NCBI GenBank assembly: GCA_001724265.1
Contig: MEDY01000325.1
Coordinates: 1 to 64,000, forward strand
Direction of reading: 5' to 3'
Origin: Rhizaria sp. SCN 62-66
Taxonomy: Eukaryota
Length of the DNA: 64,000 nt
Shown: positions 60,069 to 64,000 of the stretch, piece by piece
Layout of the letters: each line of letters begins with the position of its first letter
How positions within the stretch are numbered: position 1 is the stretch's first letter
Notes under the pieces: generated by a model
The model's database searches: none
What the model saw: the letters and a program-made list of their open reading frames with translations, nothing else
What the model was told of the DNA's origin: nothing
Program-made: the position numbers and the translations under genes

Positions 60069-63000
60069 TCACATCTGGTGCTGGAACTTGATGTTGGCGC
60101 TGACGACAACGCCGTCGCGCACGGTCTTAATCGCGGCCGCGAGCGCGGGCACCGCGCCACTGCGGCCGTTGCGCCGCAGGTACTGGCCCGTGCGCGCGAG
60201 CTCTCCCGCCAGACTAGTCAGCGGCTCGGCGGCCGCCGATGCCGAGGTCACTGCCGCGGCGCGGGCGCGCGCGGAGAGGATCGCCTGCGCCAGCACGCTA
60301 GAAGCGGAGCCGGCTGTGGCGGCGGCGGCGGCCGCGGTGGCGGCGGCAGAGGCCGAGGCCGAGGCGGCGGCGACTGAGGCAGGCGACGGGTAAGCGTAGG
60401 CGGAGCTGATCTTGGCAGGAGCGCCAGAGTTCACACTCAAGTTGCTGCCCTTAGCGCTGCTGAATGCACCCTTAGACGCCGCCGCGCCGCTGTAAGGGGC
60501 GGCCTGGCCGTACGCCACGTCGTTTTCGTCGCTGTCGTTGTTGGCCTCGTCGTCGTAGACAGACCCGCGGGAGAAGCGGCCAGAGGCAGAAGCCCACTGC
60601 TGCTGCTGCTGCTGGGCCTGCTGGTAGGCAATGGCCTGATTGTTGCGATATGCATTCACCTCAGCGGCAGCGCGGGCCTTGGCGCGCGCGCCAGCGGCAG
60701 CGACGGCCTCGGCCTCAGCCTTGGCTTCGGCCTCTGCAGCAGTAGCGGCGGCGGCAGCGACTGCGGCAGAGACGGCGGCGGCCTCGGCAGCTATCGCGCT
60801 CGCCACCTCAGCAGCGCTGTTGTGCTGCTGCTGCTGCTGGTGGTTAGCAGAGGCGGCCTGCTGAGCCTTCCACGGAGCGCCCCAGCCGCCGACCCCGGCG
60901 CCAGCGCCTGCGCTGACAGCTGCGGCGTTGCCAGCCTCCGCGGCGCCGCTGGCGTCGGGGCTGTTGTTGTTGCTGTGGGCGGGGGCCTGGACGTCGGGCC
61001 TGCGCCACGGCTGGTAGTTGTTGCCAACGTCGTCATTCTCGCTCTCGACATCGGCATTCGCAGCCGGCTGCGGGTTGCTTGCGTTGACGCTAGCGTTGAC
61101 AGGCGCGAAGCCGGTGAGGCTTACGCTGGCGTGGCCGTGGGCCACCTGCCCGTTCTGGCCGTGGCTGTAGCCGCCATTGCTGTAGTGATGCTCCGGCTGC
61201 GCGAACAGCAGCACGGGCCCCTTGGCCGCCGGAGACATCGGCACCGAGGCCTCGGGCAGACCCGGCAGCGCGCTCGTCGGCGACATTGGCACACCGCCAG
61301 CAGCAGCAGCAGCGCCAGTTTGACCGTGGCTGTGGCCGTGGCTGCGGGGAGGGGTGACCGTGACAGCGTCAGTGCCGCTGCCAGAGCTCTCCGCGGCGTC
61401 GGCCTGGCTCTGCGCGGCGTTGGCGGCGCTGTTGGTGGTGTTGGATGGAGGCAGCGGGGGACGGGCAAAGGCAGACAGCGGTGGACGCACGTTGGCGATG
61501 GCATTGACGCGACTGGCGTCGTTGTTGTTGATGTTGTTGTGAGCATTGAACCCGCTGGCCGACTCGGTCTGCGCAGCGCCAGCGTGGCTGTGGCTCGGCG
61601 CAGCGGCAGCAGCGGCGTTGTGACCGCTGCGAGAGTGATACGAAGGCTGTGCGAACAGACAGCTGGGGGAGCTGGGCACGTCCGGGGTCGGGAGGCCTGG
61701 AGGTGAAAGTAACAAAAAGGGAGAGTATAGACTCGTAATGAGATTGGTTCAACGTTAAATAAGATTTCGTAGAAATGGCAATTCAATTTACAGATGGCAT
61801 GAAAGAGCAGTGATTGTCTAAGACTTTGGTGATCTATATCCACACAAACTTTGGCGAATGACGTACCAGGCAGGCGAGAGGTGGGACTGAGCAAAGCAGC
61901 ACCGGCGCCAACGCTGCCATCACAGCCCGCGGCGCCGCTCGCAGCCGCGGCGTGCGTGTTGTTGGCCGAGTTCATGCGGGACGGGCGCGGCGGCGTGCAG
62001 GGGTCAGCCTCTGGGGCCGCGTTCGCGCTCTCCGAGGCGGCGCCCGCGTTGGCGTTGTGGTGGGGCTTGTTGAACGCGGACAAGGCGGCTAGCCCCGCGC
62101 CGTCATGAGCAGCAGCAGCAGGGGCGCCACTGGCGGCGGCGGTTCCAAAAAAGGCCTTTCCGTCGTCGACGTGCCTGCGGGGCGAAGCGAAGAGCGAAAC
62201 CGAGGCCGGCGCCGGCAGCGTCGGCAGCGGCGACGACGGCACGGCGGCACTGGCACCACCGCTCGCAACAACAGCAGCAGCAGCCTTTGAAGCGCTTGCG
62301 TGTTCACTAGCGGCCGTGCTGTTGTTGGCGGCGACAGGAGCGAAGCCGGTCAGCGAGGCGCGCGTGGCGTTGTTGCCTTGACCCTGGTTGTGGCTGTGCG
62401 TGTTGCTGTTGCTCGTGGTGGGCGGCGAGAAGAGCGGCACGGGGGCGCGAGACGGCGGCGACATCGGCACCGTCGGCTGCGGCAGCGGCGACAACGGGCA
62501 TGCGGCAGCAGCAGCAGCAGCAGGGGCAGCAACAGTCTCAGTCGCTGAAGGAGCAGCGACGAAGCCGGAGATGCTGACGTTGTTGGCGCTGGCATTGACA
62601 GCGTTGCGGACCGGCACGGGAGGCGGAGGCGCAGTGAACCCAGTGAAGGCACCGCCATTACTAGCAGAAGCAGCACTGATGTTATTCGCAGCGACAAAGC
62701 CACTCTTGGCGTGAGCGCCGCCCTTCGCGGCCTCGGCCTCGACGTCTCTATCGGCGTCAACACTGTCCATGGTCGCAACGCCGCCACCGCCGCCTGCGCC
62801 GTCGCGGAGCAGGCGCGAAATGGGGTGGTTTGACGGGTTCGGCGCCGGAGACCAGTCCGAGCACTGTGCCGCGCCGAAGTTAGGCCGCCCGCTTGCACCA
62901 GCGCCCGACGGAGAGAGCAGCGAGGGCATGCCGTCGACGATACACACGCCATCGCCAGCGCTGCTGCTGCTGTTGCGGTTCGCGGGGGAAAACGCGTCCG

Positions 63001-64000
63001 GCGCAGGCAGGCCCGGCAGCGGCGAGCGCAGCGGCGTCATCGCTTTGCCATTGCCGGTGCCATCGCCGCTGTGGCTGCGGTGCGCCGCGGCGCCCGTGCC
63101 GGGGGCGAGCGAGGCGGGCGCTGCGGCGCGGGCGGGGGAGGCGTACAGGTCGCTCGTCTCACGGTGCAGCGCCGCGCCCGCAGCCGAGGTCGCAGCAGCG
63201 TTGGCGGCAGCGTTAATGTCGGGCGCGAAGGCAGCGGAGGCAGAGGCAGCGTTGGTGGTGGCGTCAGAGCCCAGGAAGCCGTAACCGTAGCCCTGAACCA
63301 CCGCGGCGATGGGGCCAGCAGAGCCGGCGGTGACGGCAGAGGCAGCGGGGGCGGTAGAGGCGGAGACGGCCGAGCCGGGGACCGAGGAGGAGGAGGACGA
63401 AGCGTAGGACGAGGTCGTCGAGGGCGTCGGCGGCGTCAGCTGCAGCTGTGGGCCCTCCCACCGCCGCAGCACCGCAGCTGGGCTCGGCGTCTCCGCGGCG
63501 TAAGGGCCTGGCGTGTGAGTACCCTGCTGCCGCTGCTGCTGCTGCTGTTGCTGCTGCATTTGGGGAGTCGACGACTCGCTGCTCTCCTGGCCCAGGGACT
63601 TGCGGCCGGGGGTCTGCGCGGCGCTGCGGCTGCCGTCGTCCGCGCCGTGGTCAGTCTCGCTCTCGCTGTGACTGCGGCTGTGGCCGCTGCCGAAGCTGTG
63701 GCCGTTGAGGCGGTCCTCCGCGGTGTAGGTGCCGCGGGAGGCGTTTGGCGTGAAAAGCGTCGTGGCCGAGGGCAGGTCTGCAAGCGTGTCGTCCTCGTCC
63801 TCGAGGTCGCCGCCGCCGCCGCCGCTGCTGCTGCCGCGGGGAGTGCCGTTGCTGCTGCTGGCCTTGGGGGGCGTCGACAGGACAGCATCGTTAGCGGCAG
63901 CTGCAGCCGTGTTGTCGGTGGCGAAGTCGCCGCTGGCGTTCTCCGCCGCACTGTACACCGAGTCAATGCCGAGCTCGGCGGGAATGCCGTTCGCGGTGAC
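60069..64000 (-). CDS. 3' part of a large Ala/Ser/Pro-rich low-complexity protein with internal repeats; 5' end lies outside the window
   Basis: Frame is open from the window edge to 61867, then intron 61866-61697 (GTACGT...CAG), then exon 61696-60069 ending TGA. No domain recognised. Confidence 0.7.

Noticed and set aside
1-64000. tRNA with CUA anticodon, rRNA, CRISPR array or transposon
   Set aside because: I could not recognise any by eye. A tRNAscan-SE/Infernal/RepeatModeler run is needed to exclude them.

Overview
Gene-dense nuclear DNA from a eukaryote, most likely a flagellated protist since it carries IFT22. Exons are GC-rich, and 23 short AT-rich spliceosomal introns (about 116-265 nt, donors mostly GTACGT) could be reconstructed by hand. 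I can model 14 protein-coding genes: an ML-domain/cathepsin-B-like pseudoprotease, cysteine dioxygenase, a secretory TPR-GT41 OGT-like glycosyltransferase ending in KDEL, a choline/ethanolamine phosphotransferase, a giant Ulp1/SENP-like protein, Bdp1, ERp18/TXNDC12, IFT22, an RNase PH exosome subunit, a DH-PH RhoGEF, and four low-complexity proteins of unknown function. The main signal is a probable non-standard nuclear genetic code. Fourteen in-frame TAG codons interrupt three otherwise open coding frames, often inside Gln runs, with no internal TAA or TGA. All 14 modelled genes end in TAA (8) or TGA (6) and none in TAG. This points to UAG read as a sense codon, most likely Gln, while UAA stays a stop. 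No rRNA, tRNA, CRISPR array or mobile element was recognised. All models are manual and untested against databases or transcripts.
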